Of a stretch of DNA of 11,551 bases, positions 1 to 8,054 are shown piece by piece. The notes beneath the pieces were generated by a model. That model saw nothing but the letters and a program-made list of their open reading frames with translations. It was not told where the DNA came from and did no database searches. The DNA is from an archaeon (lineage in GTDB: Archaea > EX4484-52 > B79-G9), in assembly GCA_043813875.1 (NCBI GenBank), contig JBDRKP010000011.1, positions 1 through 11,551 of the forward strand. The letters run 5' to 3'. Each line of letters starts with the position of its first letter. The stretch's first letter is position 1. Both the position numbers and the translations under genes were made by a program.

Positions 1-87
1 AATAAGGGTGAGGTCATTGATGCAATTCAAGATGCATTTAATGGAGTACCATTCATCCCGCCGGTTATTCCACCAAATAATACCTGA
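1..87 (+). CDS. 3' end (partial) of a probable IS66-family transposase
   Basis: Frame 1 reads NKGEVIDAIQDAFNGVPFIPPVIPPNNT* with TGA at 85-87. The 'DA..AF.G.PFIP' tail resembles my recollection of IS66-family transposase C-termini, and a GTAA-type terminal inverted repeat ends 53 bp downstream. Confidence 0.6.
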   Translation, partial: NKGEVIDAIQDAFNGVPFIPPVIPPNNT

Positions 88-140
88 AAGGTATTAGGAA
101 GAGGCATAATGCGGGGGGAAAATGTGGGCTGAGTAGTTAC
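1..140 (+). mobile_element. Right end of a probable IS66-family insertion sequence (terminal inverted repeat 125-140)
   Basis: 125-140 TGGGCTGAGTAGTTAC is the exact reverse complement of 11412-11427. Read from outside it starts GTAA, the usual IS66 terminus, and it follows a transposase-like C-terminus. Confidence 0.65.
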
Positions 141-204
141 CCCGAAATCGTCATTATTTTAAGATGAATCATTAATATATATTATTTAAATAGGTCATGA
201 TAAC

Positions 205-1110
205 ATGGACAAATATCTGAAAGGCCGCCACTTCATCATCATTCTCGTAGCATTCATTAGCTTGTATTTAGCAGCATCCTATCTTCAAAACGCAACAACC
301 CCAAGCGAACAATGGTCCTTGACAGAAGACGGCCTCTTATCATACCCAAAAAACCGCGGCCCCGTAGATTACAAAGAACAGGTCCTAAACGACACAGAAA
401 AAGAGACTCTCAAAAAAATCATATACAAAAGCAAAGGCATAGACATCTACGCCCTCCTGCGCACCCCCAAATCCCCAAACAAACTTCCAGCAATGATCTT
501 CCTCCCCGGCGCAACCGTCCCGAAAGAAGGACAGGACAGGACCGCAAAAAAATTCGCTGACCTCGGCTACGTCACATTCACAATCGACGAACGCGGCAAC
601 GGCGGCGAGACAAAATCAGGAATCATATCGATGGAAGACGAATTCCAGAGATTCATGAGCAATAAAGAGCCAGTCCAGCACCTCATGGTCTTCGACGTCC
701 TGAAAGCCTACGACTTCTTAAAGACACAACCTGAAGTCGACAACGAAAACATCTACATATACGGCGAGAGCATGGGCGGCAGATTTGCAATAATGGCAGG
801 CGCAATAGAGCCCCGGATAAAGGGAATAATAGCCGTAAGTACCGCAGGCTACAACTCAGAACAACAGCAGTTCCAAACTCAGGACGTGGCCCGCTTCTTC
901 CGCTCGATCGACCCCGACTCATACATAGGAAAAATAACCCCAAGAACCCTCCTCATGATCCACTCCAAAGAAGACACCGTCATCCCGATAGGCATGGCAC
1001 AGGCGACCTTCAAAAGCGCAAAAGATCCGAAAAAATTCATAACCGTCACCTGTAAGACCCACGGCTTCTGCGACGACATGATGGCAGGCATCAAAGAGCA
1101 ATTAGGGTAA
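205..1110 (+). CDS. Alpha/beta-fold hydrolase (esterase/peptidase S9/dienelactone-hydrolase-like) with N-terminal membrane anchor or signal
   Basis: Nucleophile elbow GESMGG, candidate Asp (SKEDTVIP) and His (KTHGF), and a hydrophobic N-terminal helix (FIIILVAFISLYLAASYL). Confidence 0.85.
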   Translation: MDKYLKGRHFIIILVAFISLYLAASYLQNATTPSEQWSLTEDGLLSYPKNRGPVDYKEQVLNDTEKETLKKIIYKSKGIDIYALLRTPKSPNKLPAMIFLPGATVPKEGQDRTAKKFADLGYVTFTIDERGNGGETKSGIISMEDEFQRFMSNKEPVQHLMVFDVLKAYDFLKTQPEVDNENIYIYGESMGGRFAIMAGAIEPRIKGIIAVSTAGYNSEQQQFQTQDVARFFRSIDPDSYIGKITPRTLLMIHSKEDTVIPIGMAQATFKSAKDPKKFITVTCKTHGFCDDMMAGIKEQLG

Positions 1111-1198
1111 TCTTCTCCCCAAAAATACAGTTTGTTCTTGAAGCATATGCTTCGAAAGAAACCGAGACTTCAGAATACCTTAAATCCCCTCCGATAAA

Positions 1199-1206
1199 TA
1201 TTAATA
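1199..1206 (+). promoter_or_regulatory. Archaeal TATA-like box for tmk
   Basis: TATTAATA ends 23 nt before ATG 1230, the spacing expected for a leaderless or short-leader transcript. Confidence 0.45.
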
Positions 1207-1229
1207 CCCCCTAATCAAATAAGATACAC

Positions 1230-1811
1230 ATGACAGCATCCTACATCGTCATAGAAGGCATGGACGGCTCAGGCAAGACAACCCAGTCGAAACTCCTCGT
1301 AGAATTCTTAAAAAAGAACCGCTTCAAAGTATATCACAACATCGAACCATCAGGCACAGAAATAGGCAGATTCATCCAGAAGATGATAAAATCAAAAACC
1401 CATCGTCCGGAGACGATTGCCCTCGCATTCGCCCTTGATCGCATGGTCTCATACGATGAGAGCCTGAAGTTCGCAAAAGAGAAATACGACTACATAGTCT
1501 CCGACCGCTCATACATCTCATCGCTTGCCTATCAGCCCTTGCAGGGCTGTAAGTACGATTGGGTAAAAGAGCTCAACCGCTTCGTCGAAAAGCCGGACAT
1601 CGTATTCATTCTCGACATCCCTCTCGAAGAATTCACAAAGCGCCGCGGCAAGACCGACGTCATATTCGAGAACGAGGAATTCCAGAAGAAACTCCGCCGC
1701 TCATATCTCGCCCTGAAAGAAGAACTCCCTTTAGACATCGTGATTCTCGACGGCACGAAGCCGAAATACGAGCTTCACGAGCGCATTCGTGAACTTGTGG
1801 TCAAACTATAG
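1230..1811 (+). CDS. tmk: Thymidylate (dTMP) kinase
   Basis: P-loop IEGMDGSGKTT, EPSG motif, DRSYISSLAYQ motif, PDIVFILDI; 193 aa. Confidence 0.95.
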   Translation: MTASYIVIEGMDGSGKTTQSKLLVEFLKKNRFKVYHNIEPSGTEIGRFIQKMIKSKTHRPETIALAFALDRMVSYDESLKFAKEKYDYIVSDRSYISSLAYQPLQGCKYDWVKELNRFVEKPDIVFILDIPLEEFTKRRGKTDVIFENEEFQKKLRRSYLALKEELPLDIVILDGTKPKYELHERIRELVVKL

Positions 1812-2477
1812 TGCTTGCCTCTCATTTCTGTTCTGGAGAACATCAGGCACGCTCCTCGCCAGATTGAAAAATAATATCCCTAAAAGGACGCCTACAGCGA
1901 CATCACTGAACCAGTGGACATTAAGATATATTCTGCTCAATCCTATCAGTCCTATCATGAAAACATTTGCAAAGATAAACAATATTTTCATGGTCTTGTC
2001 TTTGATATCGTCTTTGAACGCATATATTAAAGACAGGAAAAAAATTGTGGCCACAGTAGCATGCCCGCTCGGGAAACTGTACCCGAAAGCATCGATCAGG
2101 GCGTTTTCAGGTCTCGCTCTCATGACAATATTTTTAAGGAGAAAAACAAGCGCCTCACCACCGCCCATGCAGGCAAGGAACAATGCCGTCTCCCTGTATC
2201 TTTTCAGGTATAGCAGAAGCCCGCTCATGACGATTAATAGTGTGAGTGCCTGATATATGTCAAAGATGCTGCTTACGTGGATCATCGTTTTATTTAGTGC
2301 TGGGCTCCAAAGCGTCGCAATCTCTTTATTGATATATGCGTCTGCTCTTGTGATCTGCTCCTCATATAATACGCCTTTTATTATCAGGAGAAACAATAGC
2401 GCTAGTGTGCCGTTAATCAGGACAAAGTATTTGGATCTTGATACATTCAATATGGTTTTGTTTCTCTCATTTTTCAT
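1806..2477 (-). CDS. PAP2-family membrane phosphatase (undecaprenyl-diphosphatase/lipid phosphate phosphatase-like); likely start ATG 2477
   Basis: All three PAP2 motifs are present: KNIVMRARP, SFPSGH and SRIYLNVHWFSD. Multiple TM helices. A TTTTTAAT box lies about 24 nt upstream of ATG 2477. Confidence 0.9.
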   Translation of the reverse strand: MKNERNKTILNVSRSKYFVLINGTLALLFLLIIKGVLYEEQITRADAYINKEIATLWSPALNKTMIHVSSIFDIYQALTLLIVMSGLLLYLKRYRETALFLACMGGGEALVFLLKNIVMRARPENALIDAFGYSFPSGHATVATIFFLSLIYAFKDDIKDKTMKILFIFANVFMIGLIGLSRIYLNVHWFSDVAVGVLLGILFFNLARSVPDVLQNRNERQAL

Positions 2478-2624
2478 TGTGTATAAATTATATCCGGACA
2501 ATTAAAAAGCTTGAAATGCAACAATTGCGCATGAATTTCATGATTTTTCATTGTGTATAAATTATATCCGGACAATTAAAAAGCTTGAAATGCTCCATCA
2601 CATCGAAATTTCATGATTTTTCAT
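2469..2624. repeat. Tandem duplication, period 73-74 bp, covering the PAP2 promoter and start codon
   Basis: 51 bp identical at 2469-2519 and 2543-2593. AATTTCATGATTTTTCAT recurs at 2534-2551 and 2607-2624. The intervening 14- and 13-nt segments are dissimilar. Confidence 0.95.
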
Positions 2625-2726
2625 ACAGTATTTATCAATGCTGTCACTTAAATAACCGGGCAATAGCTCGACTATTATTTATTCCAAAAAAACAATTCAA
2701 AGAAAAAGATTATTAAAGTGTTGGAC

Positions 2727-2887
2727 TGGACCCGGGTGATTTGACCTTGGCATCTTTCAGATGATATGGAATTAGCTCCACAAGCTTGGTATAATCATAC
2801 ACCGGGCCCGTCTACTTTTACTTTCTTACTGACGACTTTACATCGCCCCCTTCAAGTTACAAAGTGATAATACTTTGTATTACTTGA
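2727..2887 (-). ncRNA. Candidate structured non-coding RNA with a tRNA-like 3' domain (2727-2809)
   Basis: Minus-strand stems: GGGCCCG/CGGGTCC+A, TGGAG/TTCCA, CATCT/AGATG, GGCGAT/GTCGTC, plus a long hairpin at 2852-2887. The G-U pairs work only on the minus strand. A TATATATA box is at about 2908-2919 and T-tracts follow at 2686-2710. No ORF is present. Confidence 0.5.
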
Positions 2888-3084
2888 TATTAATATTATG
2901 TATCTGTATTATATATATACTTCTCCCACGTTATCAGTCATTATTTTGCATGATATGTATTATAAAATATAAAAACACGCATTAATAATACAAAAAAAAG
3001 AATTAGAGCATTTCAAAAATAAACTACTATTCTGTGACATCGTATGGGCTCTGTCGGAATACCGCCGCCTCCCGGGATAAAAAC

Positions 3085-3435
3085 CTACATCTTGCTGTTT
3101 TTCCTGATTTTAGCGATAATATCTCTTATATCGCCATTGGCCTTGAAGAAAGTGATTGAAGAAGAATCATATGGATTTGAATGGATATGGTATTTACGCA
3201 CCTCGATATCAATCGAATCCCCCTCGTTCAGGACAACCTCATTCATACTTCCGTCATCATCAAAGATCTTCATCACGCAGATCCCATTTAGCTGGAAAAG
3301 CGACTCTACAACAGGCCTGTTATGCTTCACAAGTTCACAGCGGGGATAAATCTCGATAGTCCCGATACTCACACGTTCATCCGAATGCGCAATAAGTATC
3401 TTGCCTTCAGAAATATTGTAAACCTCAAAACCCAT
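3085..3435 (-). CDS. Cupin-domain protein
   Basis: 116 aa, beta-rich, with cupin-like motifs HNRPVVESLFQLNG and LNEGDSIDIE..KYHIHSN. Confidence 0.7.
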   Translation of the reverse strand: MGFEVYNISEGKILIAHSDERVSIGTIEIYPRCELVKHNRPVVESLFQLNGICVMKIFDDDGSMNEVVLNEGDSIDIEVRKYHIHSNPYDSSSITFFKANGDIRDIIAKIRKNSKM

Positions 3436-3481
3436 GCAAATAACCGGCCTTTGTATCTTTAAATCATTTTTTAGCCGGATA

Positions 3482-4258
3482 TTATAGCTCGATGATATCT
3501 CCGGAATGTATTCGCTTTATTTTAAACATATCATAAAATCGGGCTAATGCAGGCAATTCTGTGCAATGTGTGGGATAAATTTTTTCGATTTTTTCCTTCT
3601 TGAAATACTCTGTCGTTCTTTTAGTGATCTCATCATCTTCCATCAGATGGAAACCCCCTAAAACAGCATAAACCTTTTTTGCGCATGTGACCTTCTTTGC
3701 ATATTCTATGATATTGCAGATACCTGCATGAGAGCAACCTGTAACCACAATTAGGCCTTTATCAGATTTAATCGCAATGCCTGAATCATCCATTATGTAA
3801 TCTTCCTTACGTCCTTCTTTATAAAATGGTGTTTTCTTTGCCTCAAAATCATTCATTCGCGGTATTTCCCCCAAAAAAACAATATTTTCAGATATCTGAT
3901 ACGGCTCTTTAGATAGCATCAAATCAAAAGACTTCCTTGCATCTTCTAAGCTAAGCGCTAGCCCGTTATACTTATCGTTGTCTTTCTTGTACCTTTTGAT
4001 AAAGCATTCAGGATGGCAGATAAGTTTCTTACTTCGTATGAATCTCAACCCATTCCCATGATCCCAGTGTCCGTGGCTCAAGACAATGAGCTCTACGTCC
4101 TCAGGCGAGAAGCCGAGTATTTCATGATTCTTCAGAAACAAATCCGAACTGCCCGCATCAAACAATATCTTCTTCTCTCCTTCAATCAGGAAAGAAAGGC
4201 CGTGCTCGCCACAACATTTTTTACCCGCCAGATTATCATTAAGCACAGTTAGTCTCAT
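3482..4258 (-). CDS. MBL-fold metallo-hydrolase (archaeal dihydropteroate-synthase-like MBL subgroup)
   Basis: EHGLS, LFDAG, HxHxDH (SHGHWDHGNG), GCSHAG, GGFHL and THCT motifs. SD-like GAGGT just upstream (4262-4266). Confidence 0.9.
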   Translation of the reverse strand: MRLTVLNDNLAGKKCCGEHGLSFLIEGEKKILFDAGSSDLFLKNHEILGFSPEDVELIVLSHGHWDHGNGLRFIRSKKLICHPECFIKRYKKDNDKYNGLALSLEDARKSFDLMLSKEPYQISENIVFLGEIPRMNDFEAKKTPFYKEGRKEDYIMDDSGIAIKSDKGLIVVTGCSHAGICNIIEYAKKVTCAKKVYAVLGGFHLMEDDEITKRTTEYFKKEKIEKIYPTHCTELPALARFYDMFKIKRIHSGDIIEL

Positions 4259-4410
4259 GTTACCTCATATATTTTCAAAGAAATATTAAGCTATGGATAA
4301 TTTGATTTAAATCCGGGTAATCCCGCAAGTTCCGGATACAGTTCCAAAAAAGGACATACTCATCCACAAAAAACGTATATTCGGATACTCATTTTCACCC
4401 ATCTATAACA

Positions 4411-4418
4411 TTTAAATA
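4411..4418 (+). promoter_or_regulatory. Archaeal TATA box of the por operon
   Basis: TTTAAATA ends 21 nt before ATG 4440. Confidence 0.55.
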
Positions 4419-4439
4419 ATCTAACGCCAAACAATCGAT

Positions 4440-4985
4440 ATGGTTTTAAGACAGGTACGCATCCATGGCCGGGGGGGCCAGGGCGCAGTCACATCCGCCG
4501 AACTTCTCGCGATAGCCGCTTTCAAGGACGGCAAATACTCCCAGTCATTCCCCTTCTTCGGCGTGGCAAGGCGCGGCGCACCCGTCATGGCATTCACCCG
4601 CATAGACGACAAATTCATCCGCCTAAGAGAGCAGGTAACAAAACCCGATTACGTCATGGTCCTCGACCCGACCCTGATAGATGTGATAGACGTAGCCGAG
4701 GGAACAACAGAAGACAGCATAATAATAGTAAACACATCAAAAAAACCACAGGATCTGAAAATCAGGACCAAAGCAAAAATAGTGACAGTCGACATCACAA
4801 AAATCGCGCTCGACATAATCGGCGCCCCCTTTGTCAACACCCCCATGCTTGGCGCATTCGCAAAAGCGACAAAAGAAGTCACGCTTGAATCCATACTCAA
4901 GGCCATAGAAGAAGAGATGCCCGAAAAGATAGCAAAAAAGAACATGGACGCCACAAAAAAAGTATACGAGGCAACATCATCATGA
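4440..4985 (+). CDS. porG: Pyruvate/2-oxoacid:ferredoxin oxidoreductase gamma subunit
   Basis: RIHGRGGQGAVT, FPFFGV.RRGAPV and NTPMLGAF motifs; first gene of a gamma-delta-alpha-beta cluster. Confidence 0.95.
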   Translation: MVLRQVRIHGRGGQGAVTSAELLAIAAFKDGKYSQSFPFFGVARRGAPVMAFTRIDDKFIRLREQVTKPDYVMVLDPTLIDVIDVAEGTTEDSIIIVNTSKKPQDLKIRTKAKIVTVDITKIALDIIGAPFVNTPMLGAFAKATKEVTLESILKAIEEEMPEKIAKKNMDATKKVYEATSS

Positions 4986-5254
4986 CAACAAAACATTCAC
5001 CAGGCGGAGCGATAACCGATGTCGGCAGTACGATCTCAAACAAGACCGGCACATGGCGCACATTCAGGCCAGTCATCGACACAAAAAGATGCACGGGCTG
5101 CGCAACCTGCGAGCGCTTCTGCCCCGACGGCGCAATCGTCGTCGATAAAGCAAAAAGAAAAGCCGAAGTGGATTACGATTACTGCAAAGGCTGCATGATA
5201 TGCGCAGAAGTATGCCCCGTAAAATGCATCACAAAACAGATCGAAGAAAAGTAA
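4982..5254 (+). CDS. porD: Pyruvate/2-oxoacid:ferredoxin oxidoreductase delta subunit (2x[4Fe-4S])
   Basis: KTGTWRTFRP, two CxxCxxCxxxCP motifs, DYDYCKGC; ATGA overlap with the gamma gene. Confidence 0.95.
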   Translation: MTTKHSPGGAITDVGSTISNKTGTWRTFRPVIDTKRCTGCATCERFCPDGAIVVDKAKRKAEVDYDYCKGCMICAEVCPVKCITKQIEEK

Positions 5255-5267
5255 CAGATGATTCATT

Positions 5268-6422
5268 ATGAACAATACAAAAATGCAGATCCTTGAAGGA
5301 AGCAAAGCAGCAGCCCTCTCCGTCTGCCTCTGCAGGCCGGCATTGACTGTGGCCTATCCCATAACCCCTCAGACCCACATCGTAGAAGCCCTTGCAAAAT
5401 TCATAGCAGACGGCAAACTGGACGCGCGCCACATAGAAGTCGAATCCGAATTCTCGGCAATTTCAGCCGTAGTCGGCGGCTCAGCAGCCGGCTCCCGCGT
5501 CTTCACAGCGACAAGCTCACAGGGCCTCGCCCTCATGCACGAGGTAATATTCGCAGCAGCAGGCATGCGCCTCCCCATAATCATGCAGGTAGCAAACCGC
5601 GCCCTCTCAGCCCCCATAAACATCTGGAACGACTGGCAGGACTCGATATCAGAACGCGATGCAGGCTGGCTCCAGTTATACTGCGAGACCGCCCAGGAAG
5701 TAGTCGACACCACAATCCAGGCATATAAGATTGCCGAAGACAAAAACGTCCTCCTTCCCGTCATGGTCTGCATGGACGGCTTCTTCATAACCCACACCAT
5801 TGAACCCGTAGAGATACCAGAACAAGCAGACGTAGACAGATTCCTACCGGAATACAAGCCGACTCACGCTTACCTCGACCCGAAAAGGCCGATGACCCAG
5901 GGCCCCTTCGCATTCCCTCAACCGTATATGGAAATGAGGAAAGATCTCTCAGACACAATCGACAGCTCAAAAGACACAATCAAAAAAGTCCACGACGAAT
6001 TCAAAAAATCATTCAAAAGAAGCTACGGCAACGGCCTCATAGACGAATACAAAAACAAAGGAAAAAAGACAGTGATGATCACCATGGGCTCCCTCGCAGG
6101 AACTGTAAGGGAAGCAGTAGACGCGAGAGGCGACATCTCATTGGTGAGGATAAGATGCTTTAGGCCGTTCCCGAAAGACGACTTAAGAAAAGCATTGAAA
6201 GATGCAGAGACCGTCATCATACTCGAAAAGAACATCTCTCTTGGCGCAGGCACAGGCGCCCTCTTCGACGAGATAAGGAGCGCCCTTTACGGCGGGAAAC
6301 AGAAAGTCCTCGGCGTAGTCTGCGGCATAGGTGGCTCAGAAGTCACAGTAGAAGACGTAAAAAACATAGCAGAAGAATCAAAGAAAAAGAAAGACGGCGA
6401 CGTCTGGTGGCTGATGAAATGA
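5268..6422 (+). CDS. porA: Pyruvate/2-oxoacid:ferredoxin oxidoreductase alpha subunit
   Basis: AYPITPQT, VESEFSA, TATSSQGLALMHE and NRALSAPINIW motifs. Alternative start at 5283. Confidence 0.95.
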   Translation: MNNTKMQILEGSKAAALSVCLCRPALTVAYPITPQTHIVEALAKFIADGKLDARHIEVESEFSAISAVVGGSAAGSRVFTATSSQGLALMHEVIFAAAGMRLPIIMQVANRALSAPINIWNDWQDSISERDAGWLQLYCETAQEVVDTTIQAYKIAEDKNVLLPVMVCMDGFFITHTIEPVEIPEQADVDRFLPEYKPTHAYLDPKRPMTQGPFAFPQPYMEMRKDLSDTIDSSKDTIKKVHDEFKKSFKRSYGNGLIDEYKNKGKKTVMITMGSLAGTVREAVDARGDISLVRIRCFRPFPKDDLRKALKDAETVIILEKNISLGAGTGALFDEIRSALYGGKQKVLGVVCGIGGSEVTVEDVKNIAEESKKKKDGDVWWLMK

Positions 6423-7276
6423 AAAAAGACGACTTATTAGCACCCGGTCACAGGACCTGCGCAGGATGCGGCCCTGCAATAGCGACACGCATGATGCTAA
6501 GAGCCACAGGTCCGAACATCGTAATCTGCCACGCGACAGGCTGCATGGAAGTGACAACGACCCAGTACCCCACAACCTCATGGAAAGTCCCGTGGATTCA
6601 CGTCCTCTTCGAGAACGCATGCTCCGTGGCATCCGGCGTAAAAGAAGCACTGATTGCACAAGGAAAAGAAGACGTCCACGTCATAGCCTTCGGCGGCGAC
6701 GGCGGCATGGCAGACATCGGATTCCGCGCGATGTCCGGCCTCATGGAACGCGGCCACGACGTACTCATAGTCATCTACGACAACGAAGCCTACATGAACA
6801 CAGGCATCCAGCGAAGCGGCTCAACCCCCTGGTGCGCATCAACAACAACAACCCCCTCAGGCAAGATAAGCAAAGGAAAAGAGCAATGGAAAAAAGACAT
6901 GGTAGCGATTGCCGTAGCCCACCACATCCCCTACGCTGCGACAGCATCAATCGCCTTCCCCTTCGACCTCGAAAAAAAGATAAAAAAAGCACTTTCGATA
7001 AAAGGCCCGAAATTCATCCAGATACACGCTCCATGCCCTGTCGGCTGGTACTTTGAATCAGAAAAGACAATAGAGATAGCAAAACTCGCAGTAGACTCAA
7101 AGATGTGGCCGTTATACGAAGTCGAGGACGGTAAGAAGACCGTCACCTACAAGCCCAAAGGCACCCCCGTAGCAGACTACCTGAATCCCCAGAAGCGCTT
7201 CCGCCACCTGACCGTTGACGACATAAAAGAATACCAGAAGCGCGTAGACGATTACTGGCAGAAGAACTTCGAATGA
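6419..7276 (+). CDS. porB: Pyruvate/2-oxoacid:ferredoxin oxidoreductase beta subunit (TPP-binding); likely start ATG 6419
   Basis: PGHRTCAGCG, TGCMEV, the GGDG...DNEAYMNTGIQRS TPP motif and PCPVGW; ATGA overlap with the alpha stop codon. Confidence 0.95.
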   Translation: MKKDDLLAPGHRTCAGCGPAIATRMMLRATGPNIVICHATGCMEVTTTQYPTTSWKVPWIHVLFENACSVASGVKEALIAQGKEDVHVIAFGGDGGMADIGFRAMSGLMERGHDVLIVIYDNEAYMNTGIQRSGSTPWCASTTTTPSGKISKGKEQWKKDMVAIAVAHHIPYAATASIAFPFDLEKKIKKALSIKGPKFIQIHAPCPVGWYFESEKTIEIAKLAVDSKMWPLYEVEDGKKTVTYKPKGTPVADYLNPQKRFRHLTVDDIKEYQKRVDDYWQKNFE

Positions 7277-7383
7277 CTTTTAGCCAATTTAACTCTTCTT
7301 TCTCCCCTTAACTTTCTGAATATATCTGTGAAGTCCATCCCTCGAAATCATCCAGTTCCTGCTGATTGTATGCAGACATATAA

Positions 7384-7416
7384 TATCGGATAGCATCAAT
7401 TTCACTGTATCCGATA
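7384..7416. terminator. 9-bp inverted repeat between convergent porB and DUF488 genes (possible terminator or 3'-end hairpin)
   Basis: TATCGGATA (7384-7392) / TATCCGATA (7408-7416). A pyrimidine-rich tract follows the porB stop at 7277-7317. Confidence 0.3.
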
Positions 7417-7456
7417 CAAAATTTTGAAAGCATAATAACAATATTCACTGCACCAA

Positions 7457-7927
7457 TCACACATCCAAACTCGTCTGCTCATGAGAAAACACGCAGGTCT
7501 CCGAAATGATATGCACGACATCAACCCCTCGCGCCACCAGCGCATCAGCGATAAGCGACCTGTGGCACTTGTTCGGCATCCCTTCAGCGCACATGATAGC
7601 GACCTTTTTCTCTCTGGCAAACTCCATGATCCTCTTGACAGCAGAATCAAACTCCTCTGTTTTCATATAGCTCCTGTATACCTCAAGCCCCTCGCTCTTC
7701 CACCCGTCCTTTGCCCTGCGAAGTCCCCCGAGTTCCGGCATATGTACATACTCTATGCCCTCGTTTTTAAGCGCACCTGAGATAATCTCCCGATCAAAAT
7801 GTGGCACATAAACCGACTTCGGTACGCTGCGCACATCAATCACAAAAGAAACACCCTGCGCCCCTAGCATCGCTATGAACTCATCAGCAGTATTCACCGA
7901 ATGCCCGATAGTATACACCGTCTCCAT
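7457..7927 (-). CDS. DUF488-family protein (156 aa); true start ATG 7927
   Basis: N-terminal YTIGHS, IDVRSVP.S, Y.H..ELGG.R and MCAE...CHR signature. A TTTAAA box is at 7950-7955. The longer ORF to 8137 would overlap the divergent gene. Confidence 0.9.
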   Translation of the reverse strand: METVYTIGHSVNTADEFIAMLGAQGVSFVIDVRSVPKSVYVPHFDREIISGALKNEGIEYVHMPELGGLRRAKDGWKSEGLEVYRSYMKTEEFDSAVKRIMEFAREKKVAIMCAEGMPNKCHRSLIADALVARGVDVVHIISETCVFSHEQTSLDV

Positions 7928-7966
7928 ACAGGAGATATCGCGCAACAACTTTAAATGATAACCCCT

Positions 7967-7996
7967 ATACGCACTCACTCGCCCCGATACTATCGG
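7967..7996 (+). repeat. 30-bp direct repeat, left copy
   Basis: ATACGCACTCACTCGCCCCGATAcTATCGG, 29/30 identical to 10037-10066. Confidence 0.95.
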
Positions 7997-8014
7997 CAGC
8001 CTCCACACATCAGC

Positions 8015-8050
8015 TATAAAAACCACCCATATCCAAAATAAGCTGGTGAT
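8015..8050 (+). promoter_or_regulatory. TATA box (8015-8022) and Shine-Dalgarno-like GGTGAT (8045-8050) for the ligase-like gene
   Basis: TATAAAAA, then GGTGAT 4 nt before ATG 8055. Confidence 0.5.
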
Positions 8051-8054
8051 TATA

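Noticed and set aside
2469..2624. Mini CRISPR array (repeat containing ...TTGAAA with variable inserts)
   Set aside because: Only two units, a constant part of about 60 bp, variable parts of 13-14 nt, and no cas genes; the geometry does not fit CRISPR.
2727..2809. Functional canonical tRNA (Ala acceptor, or His GTG anticodon)
   Set aside because: No U8, a 4-nt D-loop without GG, an anticodon stem of only 3 bp, no 5-bp T-stem or TTC. Kept only as a tRNA-like candidate.
2829..2870. Hammerhead ribozyme core (CTGACGA on the + strand)
   Set aside because: No GAAA after a stem II, and the G-U pattern favours the minus strand.
7967..7996. Xer/dif site or tRNA-derived att site
   Set aside because: It lacks the 11-6-11 dif layout and any tRNA 3'-end features.
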